NCBI RefSeq assembly: GCF_006345805.1
Contig: NC_043010.1
Location: 48,546,001 to 48,610,000, forward strand
Source: Octopus sinensis
Lineage: Eukaryota
Reading direction: 5' to 3'
DNA: 64,000 nt
A program made the translations under genes and the position numbers. A model generated the notes under the pieces. That model was given only the letters and a program-made list of their open reading frames with translations. It searched no databases and was not told the origin of the DNA. This document shows positions 26,515 to 40,105 of this stretch, in pieces. The first letter of the stretch is position 1. The number at the start of each line of letters is the position of its first letter.

Positions 26515-26598
26515 TACAACTTTCATTGTGTTTTTATTTATTTATTTTCAACAATCACTGTAACATGTTTTGTGACACTGTTGGCCTTCTCATTACAG

Positions 26599-26845
26599 CT
26601 TTCCTTGCATCAACTAAAACAAGCTATACATGGTACCGTGGTAATGAACTTGCAGCTGGAATCAATGTATGAATCCTTCTTAAATAATCAAGTTCCCCAA
26701 AATTGGTCCAGCTTTGCTTATCCCTCTTTGAAGTCATTAGCTAGTTGGGTAGTGGATCTTGTTTTGAGATGTTCATTTATAGACTTCTGGATAAAGATGG
26801 GACAACCCTTTTCTTTCTGGTTACCTGGATTTTTTTTCCCTCAAG
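26599..26845 (+). CDS. DNAH6: DNAH6-like exon E (LSLHQLKQAIHGTVVM...FLNNQVPQNWSSFAYPSLKSLASWVVDL...FWLPGFFFPQG)
   Basis: Acceptor cattacag|26599, donor GTTTGT at 26846. Dynein C-terminal domain motifs YPSLK.L.SW and W..GFFFPQ. Confidence 0.96.
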
Positions 26846-28298
26846 GTTTGTTTATTTATTTATTTTCTAAAATTTGTTTTCTTTCCACATATGTTGATTC
26901 AACACAGAGATGGTTATTCATGTTTGATGTCTTGATAGTACCTGTAGTGTTGGCAGAGGACGTCCACTAGAATGCCTTGTGGCAGTTCTTTTGCCTTTCT
27001 GAACTCTAAGTTCAAATCTCACCTAGATTAAATTTGCCTTTCATTCTTTCAGGGTCAATAAATTAAGCACCAGGGGCAGGGGGGAAGAATGGACTGGTAT
27101 TGATTCTCCCCTTCTCTCTAATTCTTTTTTGTTGGAAGAAATTGTGACCAGACTTAAAGGGGCTTGTTTTGCTCTCCATTTAAAATTCCTGAATATATTA
27201 TATATCATGGCAGTTTTTCTATAATCTCATCAAAAGTTTACAGCTCAAGGAAATATGCAAAGATACTCCTTTTGAAGTTGACATTGTCTGTATTTCTACA
27301 TTTAATAATTGTTGGTTTTTGAATAAAAAACAAAAAAGAAATTTTTTTATTAATACAACATTCTTAACATATGTGTTATTGAAAATCTGGAAGCTGTGAT
27401 TTTCATCTGGGAAAACATATACACACACACATTGCACATACATACACAATATATAGATATTACAAAATTTCGGTTTCTTTTGGATACCCCCTCATACATG
27501 CATATTTAAAAAGCCAGAAGCTGTGGTGTTTGTTCAGGAAAAAATCCCTTTAATGATGTACTGTGTTGAAAAACACAATATACTTCAGAGCTAGACAAAA
27601 TGATATCACCTTAGAAGTGACCTGAAGAGTGATAAATATGCATTTCACAATTGTTGCAGCCTGTCAATGTAATGTCAAAGCTGTAAACATGTACATTAGA
27701 AACATCAAGGACAAATGGACAAATGGTAGTGGTAAAAGATTACTAACTTAATGATGATAGCAATGAACTCTGCCCCTGACATTCATCCACCCACAGGCAA
27801 GACAAAACTAGCTTCCAGTCTGTACGTCAATCAACTAATATACAACTTTTAAAAAAATACATTTAGCAACAAAATGTGCTACCTTTCAGAATTGGCCACT
27901 CCAATGTGATCATAGAAAAACTGCTCTTTTGTACATGAACTGTCTAATATTACTGGATAAACATATAATACATACATACACACTCACACACACATATGAT
28001 CTGTCTTGATTTAATTGAAGTTTATGCATCACAATTATGCAATTACATATTTGGTGGTGTTTATCATAATGCAACAAATATTGAATACAATTGATCTATG
28101 AACTTGTATGTAAAATTACGTTTTCCTGTTTTAATGATGTGTGTGTAGTTTTAAAATCCAATAGAGGTAAAATCAGCCAAAAAAGTACTCCAATAGTTTC
28201 ATGCTTTTATGATATTTTTAACTAGGCATATTTGTATCTTCAAGTAATCTAGTTAAAGTATCATAAAACATTACACTATTAGAAACTCTTTCAGTTAT

Positions 28299-28389
<91 letters not shown>

Positions 28390-28555
28390 TCACACACACA
28401 TGCACACACATGCACGCACTCATCTACACATTCTAATTGGAAGCACAGTAACATTTTCTAAAAGCCTATACCGTTTAGTAATGTTCTGATTGGCTATAAA
28501 TTTTAATTAACATTTATAATCAAGGCAATCAACAGAATGTTTTTTTCTACTTTAG

Positions 28556-28719
28556 GTTTTCTAACTGGAGTTTTACAGAACTACGCACGTAAATACAATC
28601 TAGCTATCGACCGACTTAATTTTAACTTTACTATATTACCACAATATCGTCATCAAAAAGATTACATCCAAGCTCTCACAACGATGACATTTGGAGAAGA
28701 ACTAGACATTGATAAGGAA
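28556..28719 (+). CDS. DNAH6: DNAH6-like exon F (GFLTGVLQNYARKYNLAIDRLNFNFTILPQYRHQKDYIQALTTMTFGEELDIDKE)
   Basis: Acceptor tttag|28556, donor GTAAGT at 28720. FLTG.LQN.ARKY motif plus the YR.Q....FG.EL..D insertion typical of DNAH6. Confidence 0.96.
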
Positions 28720-29118
28720 GTAAGTCACAGGTGTTGTCTATTTTTTGTTATGTTAATAATTAAAGATCACCCTCTTCCTCCTCATCATCACCATTTAATG
28801 TTCACTTTCCAACCTTGCATGGGTCAGACAGATTTTGTTGAGACAGATTTTCTACAAGTAGATGACATCCTGTTTGTCAACCCTTAACAGTTTCTAAGCA
28901 AGGAAATATTTAGACAAGCTTTCCCATGGAAGACTGAAAACAATGTTATTTGTATCATGGTGGTAACCATCGCACATACATATTTACATAATTACACACA
29001 TGGTGGGCTTCCTTCAGATTCTGTCTATCAGAACTACTCACAAGGCTTTGGTTGGTTCAAGGCTATAACAGCGGAAGCTAGCAGAATCCATTTAAGTGTC
29101 AAAGAAAATGATTTGCAG

Positions 29119-29175
29119 TATTATATATATATATAAAGATGAGAATGTGTGTGTGTGTTTGTGTGTGTGTGTGTT

Positions 29176-29229
<54 letters not shown>

Positions 29230-29467
29230 TGTGTGTATCTGTCTGTCTGTGTGAATCCCTAAAACTCAAGAACTACCCAACCGATTTCATTAAAATTTTA
29301 CACATGCCTTACTTAGGGTCAACTTCTTGCTTAATGCGAGCCTAGAGTAATCTCTTATCTCTTAAACTATTTCAGTATTACCTGTCAAAAGTGAAACATC
29401 ATCTCTCTATTGCAATGTCAGATACTTTCACTTTAATAGTTGCACTATTAATACTGAAAATGCATTC
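29119..29467 (+). mobile_element. Helitron 5' end fragment
   Basis: TATATATATAAAGATGAGAATG-(TG)n-TCTGTCTGT...CCCTAAAACTCAAGAACTAC, homologous to 48463-48740. Confidence 0.65.
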
Positions 29468-30306
29468 ATGGAGAAGAACGATATTTTCCCCATTGAACAA
29501 AAAGGGTGCCGCCGAGGCTCATACAGATGCAAAGATCAACTGCTAATTAATCGTATGATCCTTGAGAACTGTCACAACAAGCGCAGAAATCTCAGCTCCG
29601 CATGGATTGACTATAAAAAGGCCATCGACAGTATACCGCATCCATGGATCTTGAGATCGCTGGACATCTTCAAAATTTCCCCTGTGATTTCAAGCTCCCT
29701 GAAGCACAATATGTCGTTGTGGAATACGAATCTCCAATTATACCACTCTAATGGAGTACTTGCCTCAGAAAATTTTTCAAGGTGACTCTGATCTTAACTG
29801 AATGGAAGTGTTATCATGTACATTGTTTTGTCTTGGTATAAAAGATGGGCTACAGCAAATATTCTGCTCACTACCACAGATTTGCTTGTCAGTTGTTTGC
29901 CCATAACCAGTTGAGCATATCCCTTAGTGGCTGACGATATGTGCATCTCTGATCATGAGCAGAAGTAGTGGGGGAGCATCATAGTTATGTGTTGAAAGGA
30001 ATTCTTAGAGGTTTGGATAATTCTCCTTTGGAAACATGGGTGGTTCGGTCAACATCCTTAAACAACCCTTATTCAGGGACCTTTTGAATGGGATGGGCTA
30101 CTCGACCAGAAGAAAATTCTAACTGGGCCCAACCTGCAAGGTCATGTACTGTTTATTTTGACATGAGATCACCATGTTGCGCACATATGGTTGTGATGCA
30201 TGTGCCTGGTGTACCCTTATCAGATGGGTAGTCATGATGGGTATACTGGGCTTTGTATATTTTACCCCAGTGTCGCTTTGATGGCATGCACTGCTCTCTC
30301 TCTCTC

Positions 30307-30375
<69 letters not shown>

Positions 30376-30380
30376 AATAT
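29468..30380 (+). mobile_element. R4/Dong-like non-LTR retrotransposon RT fragment, with probable 3' UTR and (AAT)n(GAT)n tail
   Basis: EQKGCRRGSY.CKDQLLIN.MILE...AWIDYKKA.DS.PH.WI motif; IFQGDS in a shifted frame at ~29772. Assigning 29790-30380 to the same element is inference. Confidence 0.7.
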
Positions 30381-31597
30381 AATAATTATTTTATTCATTT
30401 TTAATATCTAATTGCTACACCATCAGAAAGCAGCTGAATAAGTAAGACTTCTTAACAGTTAGACAGCTACCTCTTGCTCTCTTCTTTTTCTTTAGTACAT
30501 CCTCTAATCTTATTATTTATTTCAACATTTTCTCTGAATGGCTTATTCATTATTGTTTTATCATGAGACATCTTTAGCTTTCAAAATAGTCAAACCCCTG
30601 TTTAGCTTATTTTACCTACTGTGTTTACCAGCAACCGACCTAGTCACCAACGATATCAACGATTCATCTACTAATTATGGAATAGTTTCTAGGTTTTCCA
30701 AAATATTCTCCTGTATAGAGAAATCTACTTGAGATTGAAATTCTCGAAGGAGAGACATACAAATTCAATTCCAGTTCTTTATTAACTCTGTAAATCTGCA
30801 TGTTATTTCGTAAACAGATAAGATCTCATAGGAATGATGTTATATCTATTTTCACTTGCTGGTTACTGGTGTTGGATTTCTCATAGAATATAGGACAGTC
30901 TTGAAGCCCTATGAAAGAAAGTAATAAGTTCTGTTAATCAAGATAAGTAACTTGCTAGGAACTTTTGTCTCTTCCCGGTGGAACCAAACAAAAGAACTTC
31001 TAGGAGTTTGTCTAGATAGAAATGGAACATTATCTGACTTTCAAACTATTAATTCTTCCAACTTGTTATGTATTACATTCATTTCCAATAACTTTCATAT
31101 TGAACTGTAATGATCTGAGGGATGGTGATAGAAAAAGTTCAAAATTATTCTTAAAATGTTTGAAATTCTGAAAAATGATCTTTATGAGTATACTGATTCT
31201 GAATTTTGGCACAAGGCCTACAATTCTGGGGGAAGGGGTACGTCAATTACGTTGATCCCCCATTGTTCAACTGGTACTTAATTTATTGACCCCAAAAGGA
31301 TGAAAACAAAGTCAACCTGAGTGGAATTTATACTCAAAACATATAGACAGCTGAAATGCCACTAAACGTTTTTGCCTTGCACTCTTTTGCTTCTTTCAAT
31401 CATTTGATTGTGGCCATGCTAAGACATCACCTTTAAGGGTTTTTTAGTCGAAGAAATCAACTCCAGGACTTGTTCTTTGTAATCCTGGTATTTATTCTAT
31501 CAGTCCCTTTTGCTGAACCACTAAGTTACGGGGTCGTAAACACCAACATCAGTTACCAAGTGATGGTGGGGGTACAAACACAGACACAAAGACACAC

Positions 31598-31650
<53 letters not shown>

Positions 31651-31906
31651 ACAGGTTTCTTTCAGTTTCCATCTGACAAATCCACTCACAAGCCTTTGGT
31701 TGACCCAAGGCTATTGTAGAAGACACTCACCCAAGGTACTACACAGTGGGACTGAACCTGGAACCCTGTGGTTGGGAAGCAAGCTTCTTACATAGCTATG
31801 CCTGTGCCAACTAATTATTCTTCCAGCTAACTGCTTTGACCTTGATGATTATATTACAAGCTATGTGTTACACTCTTTATGTTTTCTCAAGAAAATTCCA
31901 AGACTT

Positions 31907-32930
31907 TAACCCTTTTGACACCAACCAGCTTGAAATCAACCCTGAGTCTATGATACAAACTCTGTTTAACCTGTTAGCATCCAAATTACTTTGTCAAACG
32001 TACTACTGACACTCTGACGGTTACGACGATGTGGGTTCCAGCTGATCCAATCAATGGGACAGCCTGTTCATGAAATTAATATGCATGTGGCTGAGCACTC
32101 CACAGACATGTACACTTCATATAGTTCTCAGGGAGATTCAGCATGACACATAGTATGACAAGGCTGGCCCTTTGAAATACAGGTACTACTCATTCTTGCT
32201 GGCTGAGTGGAATGGAGCAACATGAAATAAAGTGTCTTGCTCAAGGAAACAATGCATCACCAGGAACTGAACTCATGACCTTATGATCATGAGCCAAACA
32301 CCCTAACCACTAAACCACACGCTTTCTCTGTCAAATGTAATGCTTATCTATTCACATTGTTTTGAAGTGGAGGTGCAATGGCCCAGTGGTTAGGGCAGCG
32401 GACTCGTGGTTGAAGGATCGCGGTTTCGATTCCCAGACCGGGCGTTGTGAGTGTTTATTGAGTGAAAACACCTAAAGCTCCACGAGGCTCCGACAGGGGG
32501 TGGTGGCGATCCCTGCTGTACTCTTTCACCACAACTTTCTTTCACTCTTTCTTCTGTTGGCCTGCTCGCTTAGCCAGCAGGGTGGCGTCATTTGAAGACT
32601 AAAACAATGGGAAGCATATTGTGACCAGCGATGTGTCACAACATCTGATAGCCTGTTCGGTCACAGTGATCACGAGGATTTTGTAGCTTTGCTAGTTTGG
32701 CAATGTGATTGTTTCATTTTACTATGATATTGTAGTGAAGGTAAGAGAGGCCAAATCTGACCAGTTTGGACATAAAACAGTTAAAATATTTGAGCCAAAT
32801 ATGGTTGGTTTAAATGCTAAAGGGTTAAAAGTGATCTTAATTAAAACCTGTCTAGATTTTATAATAATGATATTTTAAAAAATTCTTTATTATTTTCAAA
32901 CTTAACTGAAACAAAAACTGTATTTCAACA
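31907..32930. mobile_element. Nested piggyBac-type MITEs (TTAA targets, CCCTTT/AAAGGG ends) hosting two head-to-head SINEs (~31995-32322 minus; 32367-32674 plus)
   Basis: ttaaCCCTTTTGACACC at 31907; inner ttaaCCTGTTAGCAT...ATGCTAAAGGGttaa (~31971-32828). Confidence 0.6.
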
Positions 32931-33892
32931 GAAGTGGCTGTGTGGTAAGAAGCTTGCTTCCCAACCACATGGTTCTGGGTTCAGTCCCACTGCATGGCAC
33001 CTTGGGCAAGTGTCTTCTACTATAGCCTCAAGCCAACCAAAGCCTTGTGAGTGGATTTGGTAGACGGAAACTGAAAGAAACCCATCGTATATATATGTGT
33101 GTGTGTCTGTGTGGTAAGAAGCTTGCTTCCCAACCACATGGTTCCAGGTTCAGTCCTATTGTGTGGCACCTTGGGTTAATGTCTTCTACTATAGCCTTAA
33201 GCTGACCAAAGCCTTGTGAGTGGATTTGGTAGACGGAAACTGAAAGAAACCCATCGTATATATATGTTTGTGTGTGTGTGTGTGTGTGTGTCTGCGTTTG
33301 TCCTCCTACCATCGCCTGACAACCGATGCTGGTGTATTTACATCCCTGTAACTTAGCAGTTCGGCAAAAGAAGCTGATAGAATAAAGACTAGGTTTACAA
33401 ATATTAAGTCTTTGGGTCGATTTGTTCGACTAAAGGTGGTGCTCCAGTATGGCTGCAGTCAAATGGCTGAAACAAAAGAATAAAATGGGTTAAAAGAGTA
33501 AACTTTCATATATGTGTGTGTGTGCATGCGCACGCACGTGTTAGTGTGTGTGTGTGTGTGTGTGATGGATGTATAGGTGTATGTGTGAGTGTGTGTATGT
33601 ATGCATGTGTGTGTATGCACATGTGCTAAATTTGCTATGGGTAACAGAACAGAAAAGTAAATAAATAGATAAATAAATAAGACCGTCTTGGCATTAAAAT
33701 ATTTGGCCGTTGTGGCTATATTTAGGAATACATAGGAGTGGAAAGAAATGGAAATTTGAGCTTAGAAACATTTGACTTCACAGAAGAGATGACACATGAT
33801 TAACTTTGCCAAATTTAAAGCATGGCTAACTCTCACTTAAACTTTCAGTAATTAACATTCAGAAGAGCTCCATCCAAATATGGATGATAGCA

Positions 33893-34399
33893 ATGGTAGC
33901 TACGTATGAATTAGGCGGTAGTGGTGATGGTAGCTATATCTAATATTAAATGGTAGTGGTGGTGGTGGTGGTAGTTACATTTAATTTTAGGTAGTGGTAG
34001 TGGTGGTAGCTACATATAGTTTTAGATGGTGGTCATAGCAGCAACATCTAAATTAGATGGTAGAAGTGGTAGTAGCTACATCTTTAGATAGTTGTGGTGG
34101 AGGATACATCTTTGGGTGGTTGTGATGACTACTACATCTAGTTTTCGATGGTAGTGGTGGTAGCTACATAAAATTTTAGATAGTAGAAGTGGTAGCTACA
34201 TCTTTAGATGGTTGAGGTGGCATCTACATCTTAGATAGTAGTAGTAGTAGTAGTAGTAGTAATAGTTGTAGTTGCAGTAGTAGTAATAGTTGTAGTAGTA
34301 GTAGTTGTTGTAGTAGTAGTAGTTGTAGTAGTAGTAGTAGTAGTAGTAGTAGTTATAGTGGTAGTAATTGTAGTAGTAGTTGTAGTAGTAGTTGTAGTT

Positions 34400-34437
<38 letters not shown>
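33893..34437. repeat. Degenerate ~30-40 bp minisatellite (GTAGCTACATCT..TAGA core) grading into (GTA)n
   Basis: About 11 recurrences of the core, then a pure triplet repeat. Confidence 0.75.
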
Positions 34438-36209
34438 TTTATCTAATTTTGAAAGTTGGTTGGTATTTTTGCATAACCCAATATCAGTTGTGATCATAGA
34501 AGGGAATGGTTTTGTGTGTTTCAGCCATGACCCTCTTTTTTTAGGGTCAGACAAAATATATTTATGACTCCTTCAATCATGAACGTTACCCTCCGAGTCA
34601 CAAGTCCAAACATACATATCAGCCTCCCCTCTACATGCCGCCAGTGTTATCCAAGGGAAAGGCAAAGGCCAATACAGATTGGCACCAGTGACATCGCAAC
34701 TCGTTTCTACAGCCGAGTGAACTGGAGCAAAGTGAAATAAAGTGTCTCGCTCAAGGACACAGACTGGTCCAGGAGTCAAACTCACTGCCTCATGTTTGTG
34801 AGTCTGATGCTGTAACCACTCCTTCCTTTGAAGATAGTAGTGTGTGCTTCCAGGTAGATTTGATTCTCTATTACAAAGAATTTTGATAATCTCATAGTGG
34901 CTTCCTTCATCATTTAACTGTGCATCCATTCTGATTGAGCAGACCTACAGTCAAAGGCACCCCAGCCTTTACCATGTGGAGGCGTATGGCTTAGTGGTTA
35001 GGGTTTTGAACTCATGGTTGTAAGATTTATCATTCCTCATCGTTTAATGTCTGCTTTCCGTGCTAGCATGGGTTGGATGATTTGACTGAGGTCTGGCGAA
35101 CCAGATGGCTGCACCAGACTCCAATCTGAGCTGGCAGAGTTTCTACTGCTGAATGCCCTTTCTAATGCCAACCACTCCAAGAGTGCAGTGCATGCTTTTA
35201 CATGCCGCTGGCACGAGGGCCAGTCAGGCGGTAGAGGGCCAGTCAGGTGGTGTGGTTTAGATTCTTGGACTGGGTGATATGTTGTGTTCATGAGCAAAAC
35301 ACTTTATTTCATGTTGCTCCAGTCCACTCAGCTGTCAAAAATGAGTAATTCCGCGAAGGACTGGCATCCCATCCAGGTGGGGAATATATACGCCATGAAA
35401 TCAGGAAACCAGCCTTTATGATTCGGTATGACTCAAAAAGGTAACTTTACATTTACTTAGTATTTACGATCATTATTTTTATTCAGCCACAATCTGAATA
35501 TCCGTGTGTCTATTTCCAAAATGCTGTAAACATGGATTTGAGGAAGGTTTGGCTGCAATTTCTAGCAGGTTGAACAAGGCTTCTTTGCTTTTAGTTACAT
35601 ATTACTTTTGATGGTAGCTTTCAAAACAAAAGAAAGGAATTTCTGTATTGCTTGTGTCGTGTTATTTTAAAGAAATTACCCAGGTATGGCTGTGTGGGAA
35701 GAAGTTTGCTTCCCAACCACATGGTTCTAGGTTCAGTCCCACTGCATGGCACCTTGGGCTAGTGTCTTCTGCTATAGCTTTGGTCTGACCAAAGCCTTGT
35801 GAGCAGATTTGGTAGATAGAAGCTGAAAGAAGTCTGCCGTGTGTGTGTGTGTGTGTGCGTATATGTGTGTGTGTGTGTGTAAGTGTGTGCATGCATGTGC
35901 ACATAAGTGTGCGTCTGTGTCTTTGGGTCAGTGTTTGTCCCCTACTACTGCTTGACAACTGGTGTTAGTGTGTTTACATCCCCATAACTTAGCAGTTCAG
36001 CAAAAGACACTGATACAATAAATGCCAAGCTTAAAAAGAATACGTACTCAGATTGATGCATTTGACTAAAATTTCTCAAGGCAGTGTCCCAGCATGGCTG
36101 TTGTCTAATGACTAATGACTGAAACAAGTTAAAGGCAAAAGATATATGACAAAAGATAACCAGTTTGTGCAAGTTGTGTCTCATTGCTCTCTTTTGCTGT
36201 TTCATACAG

Positions 36210-36432
36210 ATTGGGAAAATAAAAGATGGTGTTTTGGTGCATGGACTCTTCATGGATGGATTTGGTTGGGACATTAATAGCATGATGTTAGCAGATTCCA
36301 AGCCAGGTGAAATGACTGCTTCATTACCAATGATGCACCTGGAGCCTTCGCCTAATGTTGAAATTTTAGAGTCAGACTATACCAGTCCATTGTATAAAAC
36401 TGCTCAACGTGCAGGAGTGCTATCCACAACAG
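36210..36432 (+). CDS. DNAH6: DNAH6-like exon G (IGKIKDGVLVHGLFMDGFGWD...PLYKTAQRAGVLSTTG)
   Basis: Acceptor ttcatacag|36210, donor GTGAGT at 36433. DGV.VHGLF and PLYKT..RAG.LSTTG motifs. Confidence 0.96.
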
Positions 36433-37805
36433 GTGAGTCTAAAATATTTGTTGATAATTCTTCTTAATGCATATCATCATCATCATCATTTAATGGTTTT
36501 GATTGAGGGCTAGCAACCAGATGGCTGCACCAGGCTCCAGTCTTGATCTGGCGGAGTTCTACAGCTGGATGCCCTTCCTAACGCCAACCACTCTGAGAGT
36601 GTAGTGGGTGCTTTTTACATGCCACCTGCAGAGGAGCCAGTCAGGCGGTACTGGTAATGACCTTGCTCAAATCTTTTTACACGTGCCGTCGACACAGGTG
36701 CCAGTGAAGCAACGTTGGTAATGATCACACTCGAATGGTGCCCTTTTACGTGCCACGGGTACGGAAGCCAGTTGGCTGTTCTGGCAACGATCACAACGAC
36801 CACACTCGGATGGTGTTCTTGGCACCCTACTAGCACAGGCATAAGTGCCAGTAAAGGCGACGCTGGTAACAATCATACTTGAATAGCCGCTCTGTCAATG
36901 TATGACCATGATATAATGTTACAACCTTTCTTTTATCTCTGAAATCATCACCTTTATCTTATTCTTGATTGCCCACAGGGTGCTAAACATAGAGGGGACA
37001 AACAAGGACAGACAAAGGAATTGAGTCGATTACATCGACCCCAGTGCGCAACTGGTACTTATTTTATCGACCCTGAAAGTCGACTTCAGCGGAATTTGAA
37101 CTAAGAACGTAACGACCCGAAAGGATGAAAGGCAAAGTCGACCTTGGCAGAATTTGAACTCAGAACGTAACGACCGAGGAAATACCTATTTCTTTACTAA
37201 CCACAAGGGGCTAAACATAGAGTGGACAAACAAGGACACACAAAGGAATTGAGTCGCTTACATCGACCCCAGTGCACAACTGGTACTTATTTTATCGACC
37301 CTGAAAGTCGACTTCAGCGGAATTTGAACTAAGAACGTAACGGCCAAGGAATATCGCTAAGCATCTTGCCCAGCGTGCTAACATTTCTGCCAGCTCACCG
37401 CCTTCATCACCATTATCATTATCATTATCATCATCATCATCATTGTTTAATGTCCCCTTTCCATGCTAGCATGGATTGGATGATTTGACATAGAGCTGGC
37501 TGGCATGATTTTTATGGATGATGCCCTTCCTAATGCCAACCACTTTATAATGTGCTGGGTGCTTTTTACATGCCACAAGCACAGGTGCATCTATGCAGCT
37601 CTGATATTGGTGCATTAATGAGGCAACGGCATGGGTGCATTAATGCAGTATTGTCATGGGTGCTTTTTAAGTGGCACCAGCACCTGAAAGGGCATGCCTG
37701 TATGTGTGGCTATGATTTTTTGTAATTATTTTCATTTGTGGTTACCATGTGTTTTATTAGTCTTTTATTAGTCTTTTATTAGTTTCTCCTTTTATTATAT
37801 TTTAC

Positions 37806-37857
37806 AGAGAGAGAGAGAGAGAAAGAAAGAGAAAGAGAAAGAGAGAGAAAGAAAGAG

Positions 37858-37928
<71 letters not shown>

Positions 37929-37930
37929 AG
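37806..37930. repeat. (GA)n microsatellite
   Basis: Read directly. Confidence 0.95.
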
Positions 37931-38288
37931 AATTTCAATCTCTAACGCAGTGCTTCTTGACATTTTTCATCTACGGGCCTCTTTTACTTGTATTTTACTT
38001 GGTTGCTCACTCAGCTGTAGAAATGAGTTGTGACATCACTGGTGCCAAGCTGTATCGGTGTTTGCCTTTCTCTTGGATAACACTGGTGGCATGGAGAGGG
38101 GAGGCCGGTATGCATGGGTGACTGCAGGTCTTCTATAAACAACCTTGCCCAGACTTGTGCCTGGGAGGGTAACTTTTTAGGTGCAATCCCATGGTCATTC
38201 ATGACCGAAGGGGGTCTCTCACTTGGATGGACCCTCCTAGCCATTCGATGTTTAAAAAAGTTCCTATTATATTTTCATAATTAAATAT

Positions 38289-39115
38289 TACGAGGTGGTA
38301 TCATAAAGTTCCTGGACTAGTTCTGTAGTGTGCCAGCAGATGGCAGCACATGGGTGCGTGCACAGTGATAGCTAGCAGTGCCGAATAACATCACTGTCTT
38401 TACTTCACAAGCAATGTGGCAATGGGTCATATGCAATGTTTTCAATGACATGGGTGCTTCAAAAGTGGAAGATGATGAGTGATCTGGAAGGCCTGTCATG
38501 AGCATCACTCCCTGGAAATGTGGTATTTTGCATTGAAAATTCATCTCCCTCAGCCAGACTGTCAATCAAGTGTTCTACTATGATGTTTTGAAGCATTTGG
38601 GGGAGGGCATTTGGCAAAAGTGACCAGGAGTGGCTGTGTTGTAAGTAGCTTGTTTACCAACCACATGGTTCCGGGTTCAGTCCCACTGCATGGCACCTTG
38701 AGCAAGTGTCTTCTACTATAGCCTCAGGCTGACCAAAGCCTTGTGAGTGGATTTGGTAGACGGAAACTGAAAGAAGCCTGTCGTATATATGTATATGTAT
38801 ATATGTATGTGTGTGTACATGTTTGTGTGTTTGTGTTTGTACCCTTAACATCGCTTGACAACCGATGCTGGTTTGTTTATGTCTCCATAACTTAGCAGTC
38901 CGGCAAAAGAGACCTATAGAATAAGTACTAGGCTCACAAAGATTAAGTCCTGGGGTCGATTTGTTTGACTAAAGGTGGTGCTCCAGCATGGCCACAGTCA
39001 AATGATTGAAACAAGTAAAAGAGACCTGTTGACCATGAAGAATTGGACTCTTAATGATGACAATGCACCCTGTCACTGAGCTGTCCCCACTTGTGAGTTT
39101 CTCACCCAAAACAGT
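38289..39115 (+). mobile_element. Decayed mariner element interrupted by a family 1 SINE (38626-39022)
   Basis: taCGAGGTGG TIR-like start. Remnants VEDDE*SGRP and SQTVNQVFYYDVLKHLGEGIWQK*P before the SINE; DLLTMKNWTL.DDNAPCH after it. Confidence 0.7.
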
Positions 39116-39587
39116 ACTTCCACATCCACCATATTTGCTAGATTTAGCACCTGCAAACTTTCATCTCTTCCCCCAAGATGAAAATGCAGCTCAAACATAG
39201 CACATAAAAAGCACCCAGCACATTCTGTAAAGTTGTTGGCATCAGAAAGGGCATCCAGCCGTAGAAACCATGCCAAAACAGACAGGGAGCCCTGGCAGCT
39301 CTTCAGTTGGCCAGCTCCTGACAAAATGGATGTTAAATGATGATGGTGATATATATATATAGATTCATTACAAATATAGGGTAAAGAATTATTAATTTAA
39401 TAATTAATAAATTTTACCAAGTAGTTTCGGTATGGAAAAAAACCATTATTAGTAGAAACTTTTACAAAAAGTTCTTTTTATATATAATTAAATATAATTT
39501 ATTAGAATAATAAAGAAGAAAAAATAACGAAATCTTTTGCTTAGGTGAGTTACAAATATTGTTATCAGTGGTGTCATATCTATTGTG

Positions 39588-39720
39588 AAAAGGAATTAGC
39601 TGTATTTCTAAATTTTCAGTGTGGTGAAGCAACTTGTTGCTAAACCCTTACTTATATTTAATTATATATATATATATTATATATATATAATATATGTATA
39701 TATATATGTATATATATATG

Positions 39721-39751
<31 letters not shown>

Positions 39752-39927
39752 TATATTATATATATATATATTTCATTCAGTTAGTTTACATATATGTATG
39801 AGTTTAAACTTTTTCCATACACCCATTTACATTAAAATTTTCTTTCATTTAGCATTCTGCATTTCTACAATTTTTCCTTGCTTATCATTTCTCCACATGC
39901 GGTCAACACAACCCTACCATTTATTGA

Positions 39928-39971
<44 letters not shown>

Positions 39972-39987
39972 GTAAACTAACTGAATG

Positions 39988-40043
<56 letters not shown>

Positions 40044-40067
40044 CATATATATATATATATATATAAT

Positions 40068-40105
<38 letters not shown>

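Noticed and set aside
32367-32440. tRNA genes at SINE heads (also 11008, 53752, 5300)
   Set aside because: A/B boxes are present, but the sequences continue into SINE bodies, often with TSDs, and I could not fold a complete cloverleaf.
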